A DNA stretch of 64,000 nt from Planctomycetota bacterium. Its GTDB lineage: Bacteria > Planctomycetota > UBA11346. Of the stretch, positions 39,893 through 50,451 are shown in pieces. Position 1 is the first letter of the stretch. Each line of letters opens with the position of its first letter. The DNA is taken from NCBI GenBank assembly GCA_038213805.1, contig JBBQSO010000004.1, positions 32,001-96,000 on the forward strand. The letters are read 5' to 3'. A program made the translations under genes and the position numbers. A model generated the notes under the pieces. It worked only from the letters and a program-made list of their open reading frames with translations. It was not told where the DNA came from and searched no databases.

Positions 39893-40834
39893 TCAGCAGT
39901 TCAACAGCAGGCTGAGCTGGCGCAGCGGACCGTGCTTGGCGATGCGGTGGTGGATGAGGTCCCAGCGGCGTCGCAGCCACCCGTGTCCAGGCAATGCGCA
40001 GAAGGCCTCGAGGCGGCGGCGCTGGGCTTCGCCCAGGCGGTTCCCGAACCGCGCATGCAGGGCCTGCGCCTGCGCCACCGCCGCGGCGAGCGTGGCCCGC
40101 ACCTGTCCACGGTCGATGACCTTGCGCGCGAGCGCCGCAAATCCTGTTTGCGGCACGCCGATGACGTTTGCCGGATGGATCCGGTAGTCCATCAGCGGCT
40201 CCGGGCAGATGAGCACGCGACCGAGCGCGGCCGCGGTGAGCGCGGTCCACCAGTCGTGCATCACCGCCGCCGCGGGGATCGGTGAGACCGCATCGACCAG
40301 GGCGCGGTTCATGAGCATGGCGCAGCCGGGGAAACAGTTCATCACCAGCAGACTGCCGAAGCCGCTGCCGCGCGCGGGGGCATAGCGCTGGTGCTTCCAG
40401 AACGATCCCGCCAGCAGTCGCCCGGCTGCATCGACCAGGCGCAGGTCGCAGCACACCAGCAGAGGTGTGCTGGCGCCCAGTTCGGCCTCCGCCCGGGCGA
40501 GGTGCGTGTGCATGCGCGCGAGCTTTGCGGGGTCCCAGCAATCGTCCTGGTCGCTGAAGGCGACGTACGGCGCGGTGGTGCGTGCGAGCAGCCGCGAAAA
40601 ATTGCCGCGTGGTCCGAGCGGCGCTGCAGATGGCGCGACCAGTTCAGCCGCCAGCCCGAGGGTTTCCAGCTGCACGCGCACCAGCTCGGCTGAGCCATCG
40701 CGGGACCCGTCATCGCCAGCCACCACGCGCAACGGGCGCAGGGTCTGGGCGCCGAGCGAGGCCAGCTGCTCGCCAAGGAATGGACCGCCATTGAAGGTGG
40801 CGAGGACTACCTCGACCCCTTCCGCGACGGTCAT
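39893..40834 (-). CDS. GT2 glycosyltransferase, probably rhamnosyltransferase
   Basis: LATFNG, DDGSRD, FSDQDDCW, GC, MHDWW, YRIH..NVIG; coupled to rmlB. Confidence 0.85.
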   Translation of the reverse strand: MTVAEGVEVVLATFNGGPFLGEQLASLGAQTLRPLRVVAGDDGSRDGSAELVRVQLETLGLAAELVAPSAAPLGPRGNFSRLLARTTAPYVAFSDQDDCWDPAKLARMHTHLARAEAELGASTPLLVCCDLRLVDAAGRLLAGSFWKHQRYAPARGSGFGSLLVMNCFPGCAMLMNRALVDAVSPIPAAAVMHDWWTALTAAALGRVLICPEPLMDYRIHPANVIGVPQTGFAALARKVIDRGQVRATLAAAVAQAQALHARFGNRLGEAQRRRLEAFCALPGHGWLRRRWDLIHHRIAKHGPLRQLSLLLNC

Positions 40835-41922
40835 CAGCCTGTGACTCCCAGACCCAGGCGCTCGCCGCGGTAGCCCCCGCTGCGGATGTCCTCGACCCAG
40901 GCGAGGTTTGCCAGATACCAGGCGATGGTCTTGGCGAGTCCGGTCTCGAAGGTCTCGCGCGGCCGCCAACCCAGCTCGCGTTCGATCTTGCCGGCATCGA
41001 TCGCATAGCGCAGGTCATGGCCCGGGCGGTCAGCGACGAAGGTGATCAACCGGCGGTAGCTGCCGGCCAGATCCGGCTTGGCCTGGTCGAGCAGGTCGCA
41101 AATGCGCTCGACGATCGCCAGGTTGGTCCATTCGTTATGGCCACCAACGTTGTAGGTCTCGCCAGGCCGGCCGCTGCGCACCACCGCGTCGATTGCCCGG
41201 CAGTGGTCCTCGACATAGAGCCAATCGCGGACGTTGGCGCCCTTGCCGTAGACCGGCAGCGGCCGGCCGGCGAGGGCGTTGGTGATGATCAGCGGAATGA
41301 GCTTCTCTGGAAAATGGTAGGGTCCGTAGGTGTTGCTGCAGTTGGTGATGGTCGCCGGCAGCCCGTAGCTGCGCTGCCACGCGCGCACCAGGTGGTCACT
41401 GCCGGCCTTCGACGCGCTATACGGACTCGACGGATCGTAGGAGGTGTCCTCGCGGAACAGCCCCTCGGCGCCGAGCGAGCCGTAGACTTCATCGGTGGAC
41501 ACGTGATGGAAGCGCACGCCCGTGCGACCCTTCCAGGCAAGGCGCGCCGCGTGCAGCAGGGTCGCGGTGCCGACCACGTTGGTGCAGATGAATTCCATCG
41601 GGCCGTCGAGGGAGCGGTCGACGTGGCTTTCGGCCGCGAGGTGGATGACGGTGTCGACGGCGTGGTCGCGCAGCAGCCGCTCGATCAGGGGGGCGTCGCA
41701 GATGTCGCCTTTGACGAAGCGGTGCCGCGCAGCCTGGGCGGTGGGCAGCCCGGTGAGGTTGTTCGGGTTGCCGGCGTAGGTCAGGGCGTCGAGGGTGACC
41801 ACCTGCAGCGCCGCATCGCTGGCGAGCAGGTGGCGGACGAGGTTGCTGCCGATGAAGCCCATGCCACCGGTGATGATCGCGGTGCGGGGGTGGTGCAGAC
41901 TCGACAACGTGGATCTTGGCAT
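40834..41922 (-). CDS. rmlB: dTDP-glucose 4,6-dehydratase
   Basis: [42 protein letters not shown]. Confidence 0.96.
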   Translation of the reverse strand: MPRSTLSSLHHPRTAIITGGMGFIGSNLVRHLLASDAALQVVTLDALTYAGNPNNLTGLPTAQAARHRFVKGDICDAPLIERLLRDHAVDTVIHLAAESHVDRSLDGPMEFICTNVVGTATLLHAARLAWKGRTGVRFHHVSTDEVYGSLGAEGLFREDTSYDPSSPYSASKAGSDHLVRAWQRSYGLPATITNCSNTYGPYHFPEKLIPLIITNALAGRPLPVYGKGANVRDWLYVEDHCRAIDAVVRSGRPGETYNVGGHNEWTNLAIVERICDLLDQAKPDLAGSYRRLITFVADRPGHDLRYAIDAGKIERELGWRPRETFETGLAKTIAWYLANLAWVEDIRSGGYRGERLGLGVTG

Positions 41923-42164
41923 TGCAAATCATCCGAGAGCAGAGGGAAAATTGAGGATGAGCTGGGCTGTTCCGCTTGTCCAGCCTCGATTTCGCTCTCG
42001 CGCGCCTCGATCTCGCCTGTACATGCCGGTGGGCGGCCGATGCTTCGGCGCTCGTCTGTTGGCGGGCGGCCGCGCAACTTGCACTGCCCTTCTCCGGGCG
42101 TAAAAAGGGGAGTCGGAGGCGTCGTGGAAGGCTCCGCATCAGTCCATGGCGCAGGTGAAATCTG

Positions 42165-42782
42165 ATGCGGAATGGCATCGCTAACAGTGCATTTCCTGAT
42201 GGGCGAGGGGCGGTCGTCTGGCTGACCGGATTGAGCGGTTCAGGCAAGACCACCTTGGCGGATTTGCTGTCGCAACGGTTTCAAAGCCAAGGCTACGCCT
42301 CGCAGGTGCTTGATGGGGATGTCCTGAGGAAGGGACTGTGTCGTGATCTGGGTTTCAGCCCGGCTGAGCGCAAGGAGAACATCCGGCGCGCCGGCGAGGT
42401 CGCCGCGATGTTCGCGGGAGCCGGGTTCATCGTCATCGCCGCCTTCATCTCGCCTTATGAGGTCGACCGTCGGGCGAATCGCGCACTGGTGCCGGAGGGT
42501 GCCTTCATCGAAGTCCATCTCAGCACGTCATTGGCGGAATGCGAACGGCGGGACGCGAAGGGGATCTACAAGTTGATGCGCTCGGGGATGCTCCCCAGTT
42601 TCACCGGCGTCGATTCCCCATACGAAGTACCGACCGCCCCCGAGCTGCGCCTCGACACGGCGGCCAACCCTCCGAGCACTTGCGTTGATCTCATCCTTGA
42701 TGTCCTGCGTGAGCATGGCATCGGCAACCTGCGCGTGGACCCGCACCCACACCGTGCGGCGGATGCCCGGCCCAGGCGCTAG
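42165..42782 (+). CDS. cysC: Adenylyl-sulfate (APS) kinase
   Basis: WLTGLSGSGKTT, LDGD..R.GL..DLGFS, ISPY, FTGVDSPYE.P. Confidence 0.93.
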   Translation: MRNGIANSAFPDGRGAVVWLTGLSGSGKTTLADLLSQRFQSQGYASQVLDGDVLRKGLCRDLGFSPAERKENIRRAGEVAAMFAGAGFIVIAAFISPYEVDRRANRALVPEGAFIEVHLSTSLAECERRDAKGIYKLMRSGMLPSFTGVDSPYEVPTAPELRLDTAANPPSTCVDLILDVLREHGIGNLRVDPHPHRAADARPRR

Positions 42783-43681
42783 GCGGGATCAGCCGGCGAA
42801 ATCGCGGAGCGCTCTGGGAACGCGGTGGACTCCGCTTCAGTCAGCAGCCGACGGCCGAATTCGTAGAGCCGCATGTCCAGTGCGTTCGCGGCCTGCAGTC
42901 GTGCCAGGAGCTCGTCTCCGAGGGCATCGTGGACTTCCTCAAGCAGTTCCGTCACCGGGGCAGTCCGGACCGTGGCGAGTCGATTGTGCCACACCGGCTG
43001 GAAATCGAGTCCCGGTGCCAGAGGCCCGTAGCGATGCTGGAAGAGCGCGGCTGAACGGGCGAATTCCTCGACGATGCCGACCATGCCCCACCCGGCGAGG
43101 AGGGTGCAGGCCTCGTCGAGGTCATGCTCCGTCGCTTCGGTCTCGAGGATGGATGGGCAACGGAATGAGGCGGTGGAGAGATGGACCACCTGGTAGTTGC
43201 GGATGACGATGCCGCCGTCGTTGCTGGCGAGCGCCCAGCGCACGTATCCGGAGAAGGAGTCCCTGGCCGCTGCGCCATGGTCGGGCTGGGCCGGATCATG
43301 GCGGACAAATTCGTACACCGAGCGTGCGCGTAGCAGGGGATGGCGCAGGAAGGCGATCGGCAGGCATGCGGCGTGTGGCAGTGGGGGCCTGCCCAGGTGG
43401 GTCGAGAGCGCCCGAACCTCAGGATGGGCGGCTAGAAAGCGGGCGATATCACCTGCTGACTGCACATCGTGAGCGTTCGTTCCCTCGAAGCCCGTCCAGG
43501 CCCCGCCGAACGAGCTGCGCAGCACCGCGTCGACACTGGAGCCGGCATTCTTGAAGATGTGGTAGTGCAGGATCAGGGGCGGACCGCCAGCTGGCCCTTG
43601 TGGGTCCATCCCGTTGGTTGCGGACGCTGCTTGCGCGGGGCGCCCTGCGGCAGGAGGTGGCAGCGGGGCCGGCTCAGCCAT
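42779..43681 (-). CDS. Sulfotransferase-family protein
   Basis: 5'-PSB-like HYHIFKNAGSS, 3'-PB-like LRHPLLRARSVY, C-terminal N.LD..LY. Confidence 0.78.
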   Translation of the reverse strand: MAEPAPLPPPAAGRPAQAASATNGMDPQGPAGGPPLILHYHIFKNAGSSVDAVLRSSFGGAWTGFEGTNAHDVQSAGDIARFLAAHPEVRALSTHLGRPPLPHAACLPIAFLRHPLLRARSVYEFVRHDPAQPDHGAAARDSFSGYVRWALASNDGGIVIRNYQVVHLSTASFRCPSILETEATEHDLDEACTLLAGWGMVGIVEEFARSAALFQHRYGPLAPGLDFQPVWHNRLATVRTAPVTELLEEVHDALGDELLARLQAANALDMRLYEFGRRLLTEAESTAFPERSAISPADPA

Positions 43682-44519
43682 CGGGGTATTCCCGGAGAAA
43701 GCGTTGGAGCGCCTCCTGCCAATCCATCATCGCCGGCCGCTTCAGTAGGCGCAAGCCGAGCTTGTCCAGCCGGGAGTTCGCCGGGCGCGACGCAGGTCGA
43801 GGGAATTCCGCGGTGGAGCAGGACGCGACAGCCCGGCTGAAGCCGCGAGCGGTGAACAGGGCGGAGGCCAGCCCATGCCATGATGTTTCTCCGCTGCAGG
43901 TCAGGTGCAGGGTTCCGACCACCGGCTCGTCGAGCAACGGCAGCAGGGCTTCCGCTACCGCATCCGTGCTGGTTGGGTTTCCCAGCTGGTCGGCGACGAC
44001 CTTGAGCGGCTCACCGACCTGGGCGCCGAGCCTGAGCATGGTATGGACGAAGCTCGGACCACCCGGCCCGTACAGCCAGGCGACGCGCGCGATGAGGTGG
44101 TCCGGGCAATGGCGGCGTATCGCCTCCTCGCCGGCGAGCTTGCTGGCGCCGTACACCGTCCGCGGTCCGGTCTCGTCGAACTCGTCGTAGGGGCGCCCGA
44201 GATCCCCGGAGAAGACGTAGTCCGTGGAGATCGCGACCAGCCGTGCGCCGCAGTGCTGGCTGGCGGTTGCGATGTTGGCGCTGCCGAGCGCATTGACCCG
44301 AAAGGCGGATTCGCGCTCGCCTTCGCAGCGATCGACCGCGGTCATGGCGGCGCAGTGGATGACCACGCGTGGCCGGTGCACCGCCAACACCTGCTGGCAC
44401 AATCGGGGGTCGGTGACATCGAGATCGCGAGAGCCTAGGGCCACGACCTGTCTCGACGCTAAGTGCCGGACCAGGCATCGCCCAAGCATGCCCGTGGCAC
44501 CAGTGATGAGGATGGTCAT
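43674..44519 (-). CDS. rmlD: dTDP-4-dehydrorhamnose reductase
   Basis: GATGMLG, AAMTAVD, STDYVF, YGASKL.GE, DQ.GNPT, RPANS.L. Confidence 0.95.
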   Translation of the reverse strand: MTILITGATGMLGRCLVRHLASRQVVALGSRDLDVTDPRLCQQVLAVHRPRVVIHCAAMTAVDRCEGERESAFRVNALGSANIATASQHCGARLVAISTDYVFSGDLGRPYDEFDETGPRTVYGASKLAGEEAIRRHCPDHLIARVAWLYGPGGPSFVHTMLRLGAQVGEPLKVVADQLGNPTSTDAVAEALLPLLDEPVVGTLHLTCSGETSWHGLASALFTARGFSRAVASCSTAEFPRPASRPANSRLDKLGLRLLKRPAMMDWQEALQRFLREYPDG

Positions 44520-45109
44520 GGCGGGAATCCGCGGGGCTCCCGGGCATCTGGCAGGAAGCACGGCAGATCGCCGTTGGGACGGGTGGCCAGGGTGCCGTAA
44601 GCGCCATCCTTAGGAGAAAGCGTGGGAGCGGCCCCGTCGAGAGGCCAGGGGATGGCCAGGTCGGGATCGTTCCAAATGATCCCGCGCTCTTCGGCCGGCG
44701 CGTAGAAGTCGGAGCATTTGTAGATGAATTCCGCGGTTTCGCTGACAACCGCGAAGCCGTGGGCGAAACCTTTGGGGATGAACAGCATGCGCTTGTTCGC
44801 TGCGGAGAGCGTGGCGGCGATCCAGCGCCCGAAGGTCGGGCTGCCGACGCGGACGTCCACGGCGATGTCGTAGACCTCGCCGGAGATCACCCGCACCAAC
44901 TTGTCCTGGGGCTTGGCGAGCTGGTAATGCAGGCCCCTGACCACGCCACGGAAGGAGCGAGAATGGTTGTCCTGGACGAAGGCGCAGGTAATGCCGAGTC
45001 CGGCGAAGGCGCGTTCGTTGAAGCTTTCAAAGAAGAAGCCGCGGTTATCGCCAAACACCTGCGGTTCGATCACACAGACGCCGGGCAGGGCGGTTTCCAG
45101 GCGCCTCAC
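44516..45109 (-). CDS. rmlC: dTDP-4-dehydrorhamnose 3,5-epimerase
   Basis: DNRGFF.E, QDNHS, RGLHYQ, GFAHGF, YKC; GTG start overlapping rmlA stop. Confidence 0.95.
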   Translation of the reverse strand: MRRLETALPGVCVIEPQVFGDNRGFFFESFNERAFAGLGITCAFVQDNHSRSFRGVVRGLHYQLAKPQDKLVRVISGEVYDIAVDVRVGSPTFGRWIAATLSAANKRMLFIPKGFAHGFAVVSETAEFIYKCSDFYAPAEERGIIWNDPDLAIPWPLDGAAPTLSPKDGAYGTLATRPNGDLPCFLPDAREPRGFPP

Positions 45110-45984
45110 GCGTGGCCTTCCTGGCGCAGCAGATCCCAAAGGTAGCCGGCATAGGCGCTCTTGCCCATGGTCTGCGCCTCGGCCTTGACCTGCTCGGGGC
45201 CGATCCAGCCGTTCTGCCATGCGATCTCCTCCAGGCAGGCGACTTTCAGGCCCTGCCGGTCCTCGATCGCCTGGATAAAGGCTCCGGCTTCCATAAGACT
45301 CTGGTGGGTGCCAGTGTCGAGCCATGCGGTGCCGCGCCCGAGCTTCTCGACTTGGAGCTGGCCGCGCTCGAGGAAGACGCGGTTGAGGTCGGTGATCTCG
45401 TACTCGCCGCGCCGGCTCGGTTTCAGCCGCGCAGCCTCGGTGCACACCTCAGGACCGTAGAAGTAGAGGCCCGGAACAGCGAAATGACTTTTGGGGTTGG
45501 TTGGCTTCTCCTCCAGGCTGATGGCTTTTCCCGCAGGATTGAATTCCACGACCCCGTAGCGGCCGGGATCCCGGACATAGTAGGCGAAGATGAGGCCACC
45601 ACAGGTGATGGCGGAGGCCTTCCTGGTGATCTCGGTCATCCCGTGGCCGTAGAAGATGTTGTCGCCGAGGATCAGGCACGCGGGTCCGCCGTCGAGGAAG
45701 CGCTCGCCGATGGTGAAGGCCTGCGCGAGGCCCTCTGGCTGCGCCTGCTCGGCATAAGTGAGCCGCATGCCCAGGCGGGCGCCATCGCCGAGCAGTTCGC
45801 GGAAACGTGGCAGGTCCTGGGGGGTGGAGATGACCAGCACCTCGCGGATGCCAGCCAGCATCAGGACGGATAGCGGATAGTAAATCATCGGTTTGTCGTA
45901 GACCGGCATGAGCTGCTTGCTGACGACCTTGGTCAGGGGGTGCAGGCGGGTGCCGGCGCCGCCGGCGAGGATGATTGCCTTCAT
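45106..45984 (-). CDS. rmlA: Glucose-1-phosphate thymidylyltransferase
   Basis: ILAGGAGTRL.P, SKQL.PVYDKPMIYY, LGDNIF, EEKP, WLDTGT. Confidence 0.97.
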   Translation of the reverse strand: MKAIILAGGAGTRLHPLTKVVSKQLMPVYDKPMIYYPLSVLMLAGIREVLVISTPQDLPRFRELLGDGARLGMRLTYAEQAQPEGLAQAFTIGERFLDGGPACLILGDNIFYGHGMTEITRKASAITCGGLIFAYYVRDPGRYGVVEFNPAGKAISLEEKPTNPKSHFAVPGLYFYGPEVCTEAARLKPSRRGEYEITDLNRVFLERGQLQVEKLGRGTAWLDTGTHQSLMEAGAFIQAIEDRQGLKVACLEEIAWQNGWIGPEQVKAEAQTMGKSAYAGYLWDLLRQEGHA

Positions 45985-46072
45985 GCTTCGGAGCCCCGTG
46001 GTGTTTGCGGGAGGACGGTCTGCGGGTGGCGGTCGCGCCGCGTTCCATCGCTGGTTGTGCGGATCTCGATCA

Positions 46073-47059
46073 TCAGGTCTTTGCGCGCTCGGGGCGCAGG
46101 CGGAGGAAACTGTTCAGCGGCAGGGAGGGCATGCCCGCCACATCCTGCTGGAAGAAGGCCAGCAGGCTCTGGAAGCCGATGATCAACGGCAACGCCGCGA
46201 GCATGACCGTTCCAGCGGAGGCAGTTGTGAGCATGGACAGGCCTCTGACCCAGTGCCAACTGCCGAAGGTGATCCCGAAGGTGAGGGCGGCCAAGGCAGT
46301 CAGAAGGTGCATACTGCCGATGTTGAAATCCCTCAGAAAATAGCGGTACCCAATGCGTTTCCCAAAATTCCTGAAATGCTTGACCGAGAATTCGAACAAC
46401 ACCTTGCCCACGCGCAGACTGCTCTTCTCGCCAGCATATACCGCCTGCATGGGCAGGTCGACGACGACCGCGCGGGCGATGCCGAGGCGGAAGAGCATGT
46501 CTGATTCGAAGAAGTAGCGGTCGGCGATCTTGGCGAGTGGGAGCTCTTCGAGCGCAGCGCGGTGGATGGCGGTGTAGCCGTTGGTCGGGTCAACGATGCT
46601 GTAGTATCCTGACGACAGCTTAGTGATGAAGGAGAGGGCGGCATTGCCGATCAGCCGAACGAGAGGCATCGAAGATGCATCCTCAAGATTGTGGAAGCGG
46701 TTGCCTTTGACGTAATCAGCCACGCCATTGACGATCGGGGTGCAGAACCTGAGAGCTAGGCGAGGATCCATCTGCCCATCGCCATCGACCTTGACCATGA
46801 TGTGGGCACCAGCGGCGAGCGCCGCCTCGTATCCTGACTTCACCGCCCCTCCCACCCCACGGTTCCGCACATGGCGGACGAGACGGAGTCGCGGGTCTGT
46901 GCAAGAAGCGGCGATGAAATCGCCGCTCTGCTCGGGACAGAGGTCGTCAACGCAGATCACCAGGTCGACTTCGGGCGGTATCGCGGCGAGGACGCCGAGG
47001 ACCTTGTCGCGGACCCTGTAGCAGGGGATGACTGTGGCGATGACGTGGTCGTTGATCAT
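46073..47059 (-). CDS. GT2 polyprenyl-phosphate glycosyltransferase (DPM-synthase-like, C-terminal TM helices)
   Basis: VIPCY, VDD.CP, N.GVGGA, KVDGDGQMDP, KGNRF, DPTNG, FESD. Confidence 0.88.
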   Translation of the reverse strand: MINDHVIATVIPCYRVRDKVLGVLAAIPPEVDLVICVDDLCPEQSGDFIAASCTDPRLRLVRHVRNRGVGGAVKSGYEAALAAGAHIMVKVDGDGQMDPRLALRFCTPIVNGVADYVKGNRFHNLEDASSMPLVRLIGNAALSFITKLSSGYYSIVDPTNGYTAIHRAALEELPLAKIADRYFFESDMLFRLGIARAVVVDLPMQAVYAGEKSSLRVGKVLFEFSVKHFRNFGKRIGYRYFLRDFNIGSMHLLTALAALTFGITFGSWHWVRGLSMLTTASAGTVMLAALPLIIGFQSLLAFFQQDVAGMPSLPLNSFLRLRPERAKT

Positions 47060-47200
47060 GTTTTCTGCTATCTTCGCACGGTGGCTCGATGACGAGGAGA
47101 TCGGAACGTCGGAACCGGAGGCAAATGGTGCGCGGAGGCTCCGCTACGGGGGTCGGGAGGCTACGCCTCGCCATCCCCTCTGCGGGATCGTGCCGCCCGC

Positions 47201-48067
47201 TCACTGGCAGCCAGCCGGCGATTGGGCCTGTTCGGCCAATTCGCGCAATGATGGTGCCGGGATTCCCAGGCGATGCAGGTCCGATGCTCTCGATCGTCCG
47301 GCGTTGAATCGGTACGCCCTCATGCTGTCGCTGTCGATCGGCAGGCGGATTCCCAGGTGAGCGGCGAGCTGCGTCGCGCAGGTGGCCAACCCGATCGGCA
47401 CTGGGACCAGATGCCGCCGCAGGCCTCGGGCGCGGGCGATCTCCTGCAGGATCTCGGCTAGGGTGGGCTGCTCGTCATGGAACAGATTCCAGTCCCCGCG
47501 CGTGCCATCGCCGATGAGGCGCGCGATGGCCTCGCTCAGCCCGCCGATCCCGATCACCGGTACTCGATGCCGACCCCCATCCGGTACTGGCAGGCAGCGG
47601 TGAGCCGCCACCATCGCGGTCATGCGCGCGAAAATGCCGCCTGGTCCCGCGACCAGGCCAGGGCGGACAATGCAGATGTCCGGTCCTGCGAGGCGTGTTT
47701 CCAGCTGTGCCTTCAGCCGGCCGTAGCCGGATGGGGAATCCTCCCAGGCGGAATAGGAGCTGAGAAGAATCTGTCCTGGGATGCCGGCGACGCGGGCGGC
47801 CCTGGCAATCGCGACGGTTCCATCAAGGTTTCGCTCCTCGGCATGCGGGCCCGCGTCAAAGGCGCAGTGCACCACCATGTCGATCCCGGCGAGCATCCCC
47901 GGCAGCAGACCGCGCTGGTCGAGGTCCAAGGCCATCGACGGCGCCCCAGCCCCAGTCGCGCTCCCGGCTTTGCGCGAGGAGCCGGTAATGGTGTGGCCGT
48001 GGGTCGCAAGACAGCGCGCGAGCGACCCGCCGATCAATCCAGTGATTCCGGTGATGAAGATGTTCAT
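47201..48067 (-). CDS. NAD-dependent epimerase/dehydratase (atypical SDR)
   Basis: TGITGLIG, SS.SA, YGRLK, VRPGLV.GPGG. Confidence 0.8.
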   Translation of the reverse strand: MNIFITGITGLIGGSLARCLATHGHTITGSSRKAGSATGAGAPSMALDLDQRGLLPGMLAGIDMVVHCAFDAGPHAEERNLDGTVAIARAARVAGIPGQILLSSYSAWEDSPSGYGRLKAQLETRLAGPDICIVRPGLVAGPGGIFARMTAMVAAHRCLPVPDGGRHRVPVIGIGGLSEAIARLIGDGTRGDWNLFHDEQPTLAEILQEIARARGLRRHLVPVPIGLATCATQLAAHLGIRLPIDSDSMRAYRFNAGRSRASDLHRLGIPAPSLRELAEQAQSPAGCQ

Positions 48068-49653
48068 CACATCGTCAGGGTGGACAGGGCGTGGTCGGCG
48101 ACGCGCATGGCATTAGCCATGATGGTGAGCGTGAGGTTCTTCGATGGCAGTTCGGTGAAGCTCGCGGCATCAGCGGCGATGATGCGTGCATCACCACCCA
48201 GCTCTCCCGCTGGACTGCACTGGAAGCGGCTAGGTTGCTGCGTCATCGGCAGCATGCCCGCATAATGGAAGCTGTTGCCGGCGGCCGGATATTGGCAGAG
48301 TGCGGGGTGGCCGACGAAGCCCGACGGTAAGAACGCCTTGATCAGTTCGCGCTCGATCTGCCCGCGGGTGGTGTGGCCCATAGCTGCACGCAGGCTGCGG
48401 TCAGGGGAGAGCGACATCCATCCAGAAGGCGGCCCGCAATCCGCGTAGAAGAGCTGAACTATGGCCATGGCGGGCATGATGTGCCGGACGGCGGCCATGG
48501 TCCCGCGCGCCGCCAGCGGGAATGAGAATGCGTAATCGTTCCATAACGGGGCGGTCATGCCATAGAAGGAGGCCTGGACGGGCTCTGGGCTGAGCGGTCC
48601 TTCGTACAGGACGACGAGTTGGGCCGGGGTCGAATGGGGTTCGACCGCTTCGCCGATGGCGCGCAGCCGCACCATCGGCACGTAGCTGATCTGGTTGTCC
48701 CGCAGGGGGAGCCTGACGGCATCGTCGCGGTGCGAGGTAAGGACGATGCGGGAGGAGTTGATGGCACCCGCAGCCAGGATGAGGCGACGGCAGCGTTCTG
48801 TGATCGCTCCTGCACCGGTGAGGTCGCGGCCTCGCACGATGACGTCGCCGGTCGGCCCTTCCGTGGTGTAGCTTTCGATCAGGACCTGGTCGCGGTAGGT
48901 GATGGTCCCGACGGCGATCAGTGCACGCATGGTGAACCAGGGATTGTAGATACCTTCATTCTCTGGACGGAAGAACTCGGTCCCATCGCCGCGATATGCC
49001 GCGCGATCGCCATGCTGCCGGGTCAGCAGCGCGAGGCGTTGCCGGCCTATGCGGAAGCCGCGTCGGTTGAACGCGGCTCTCCTGTCCTCGTAAGCGCGCA
49101 ACGCGGCCGTTCCCAGCCGGGAAAGTGCAGGTGGCGGCAGCAGCCCGTCGCTCGCGCCCAGCCAGCCGTCAAAGCCGTCGGCGGCGCCGCTGACGCCGAT
49201 GTGGTCCTCAACCTTGCGGTACCACGGTTCGAGCTCGGCGAGCGTCAGCGGGAAGCGGCGCAGTTCTCCCGCGGTGAAGCGATAGGCGCCCGCGCCCCAG
49301 GCATTGGCGAGGCCGCCGCGGGCATGGCTCACCACCGGTGAGAACCCCTCGCCGACGATTGGCGAGAGTTCCTGCCATCCGGCGCTGACGAAGCGCATCA
49401 GCGGTGCCTTCAGCTTGGGGCTGAGATAATCCTGGTGGATGTTGTGCAGCGCCTCGCCGCGCTTGCCGATCAACAGTGCCGGGTCTGCGCGGCCGGAACG
49501 CTTCAGTTCGTATTGCGACGCATCCAGGGCGTCGCCGCGCTCAAGGGGTCGGTGGCCGACATCGAGGACCAGGACCTTGCAGTGGCCGGCGAGGCGCAGG
49601 GCGGCTGCTGCCCCAGCGGGTCCTGAGCCGATGATGATCGCATCCCAGATCAT
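48067..49653 (-). CDS. GMC-type FAD oxidoreductase
   Basis: IIGSGPAG, GGLANAWG, ILAAGAINS, HYAG, DAA.F..LPSKN.TLTIMANA.R. Confidence 0.82.
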   Translation of the reverse strand: MIWDAIIIGSGPAGAAAALRLAGHCKVLVLDVGHRPLERGDALDASQYELKRSGRADPALLIGKRGEALHNIHQDYLSPKLKAPLMRFVSAGWQELSPIVGEGFSPVVSHARGGLANAWGAGAYRFTAGELRRFPLTLAELEPWYRKVEDHIGVSGAADGFDGWLGASDGLLPPPALSRLGTAALRAYEDRRAAFNRRGFRIGRQRLALLTRQHGDRAAYRGDGTEFFRPENEGIYNPWFTMRALIAVGTITYRDQVLIESYTTEGPTGDVIVRGRDLTGAGAITERCRRLILAAGAINSSRIVLTSHRDDAVRLPLRDNQISYVPMVRLRAIGEAVEPHSTPAQLVVLYEGPLSPEPVQASFYGMTAPLWNDYAFSFPLAARGTMAAVRHIMPAMAIVQLFYADCGPPSGWMSLSPDRSLRAAMGHTTRGQIERELIKAFLPSGFVGHPALCQYPAAGNSFHYAGMLPMTQQPSRFQCSPAGELGGDARIIAADAASFTELPSKNLTLTIMANAMRVADHALSTLTM

Positions 49654-50066
49654 TGATGGAGGAGGCAGTGATGGCGCACGAGGAATGCGCCTTTGACGAA
49701 TTTCCATGCCGAACGCGCGCCGTGCCAGGCCATGCATGACCACGCACGCAGGGGCGCTGGTCGTGCTGCGACCCAGGCATGGTAGTTGGCCTGGTCTAAT
49801 TCTGCGAGGTAGCACATGATCTGGATCTTCTGGCCCAGGCGATTGCGGCCTCTGCAGACCCGAAGCCAGAACTCGATGGCTTCTACATCAAGGCGCTTGG
49901 CGATGATCGCGTGCATGTTGACGGCGAGCGCGCCACCCGGGTCCGCGGCGACGAGTTCATCGAGCGCCAGCCAGCGGTCGCGCAACTCGGGCGGTATCGG
50001 GTAGCCGAGCAGCGCGTGGAAGATGTGCGCGGCCTCGCCCGTCCGGTCGGTTTCTGGGGTTTCCAT
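49650..50066 (-). CDS. Hypothetical protein coupled to the GMC oxidoreductase
   Basis: Fills the gap between flanking genes on the same strand; ATGA overlap with the GMC gene. Confidence 0.6.
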   Translation of the reverse strand: METPETDRTGEAAHIFHALLGYPIPPELRDRWLALDELVAADPGGALAVNMHAIIAKRLDVEAIEFWLRVCRGRNRLGQKIQIMCYLAELDQANYHAWVAARPAPLRAWSCMAWHGARSAWKFVKGAFLVRHHCLLHQ

Positions 50067-50078
50067 GGTCGCTGCCGT

Positions 50079-50435
50079 TCAGTTGGGATTCCGGCTCGCG
50101 AATCCGATCAGGATCACACCGGTGATGATGAGGATCACCCCGATGCCATAGCGCAGGGTCAAAGTCTCGCCGAACAGCCAAGCGCCCATCAGCGGCACCA
50201 GGACGAAGCCGAGGGCGAAGAAGGGATATGCCTTCGAAATCTCAGTGGAGCGCAAGGCCCACACCCAGAGGCCCGTCGAGGTGACGTAGAGTATCCCGGC
50301 GATCCCCAGTACCGAGAGGACTCTCCAGTCGAGCGCGGTTCCCGCCTTGTTGAAGTTGATGGCGGCCTGTTTGAACAGCACTTGGCCAATGGTCATGATC
50401 AGCACGCAGGCGATGATAATCCAATTATGGGGCAT
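50079..50435 (-). CDS. SMR/EamA small membrane protein (ArnE/F-like flippase candidate)
   Basis: GQVLFK, W.WAL...EISKAYP, LFGE.L....IG..LI..GV. Confidence 0.82.
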   Translation of the reverse strand: MPHNWIIIACVLIMTIGQVLFKQAAINFNKAGTALDWRVLSVLGIAGILYVTSTGLWVWALRSTEISKAYPFFALGFVLVPLMGAWLFGETLTLRYGIGVILIITGVILIGFASRNPN

Positions 50436-50451
50436 TTGAGAGGCCGGCCGT

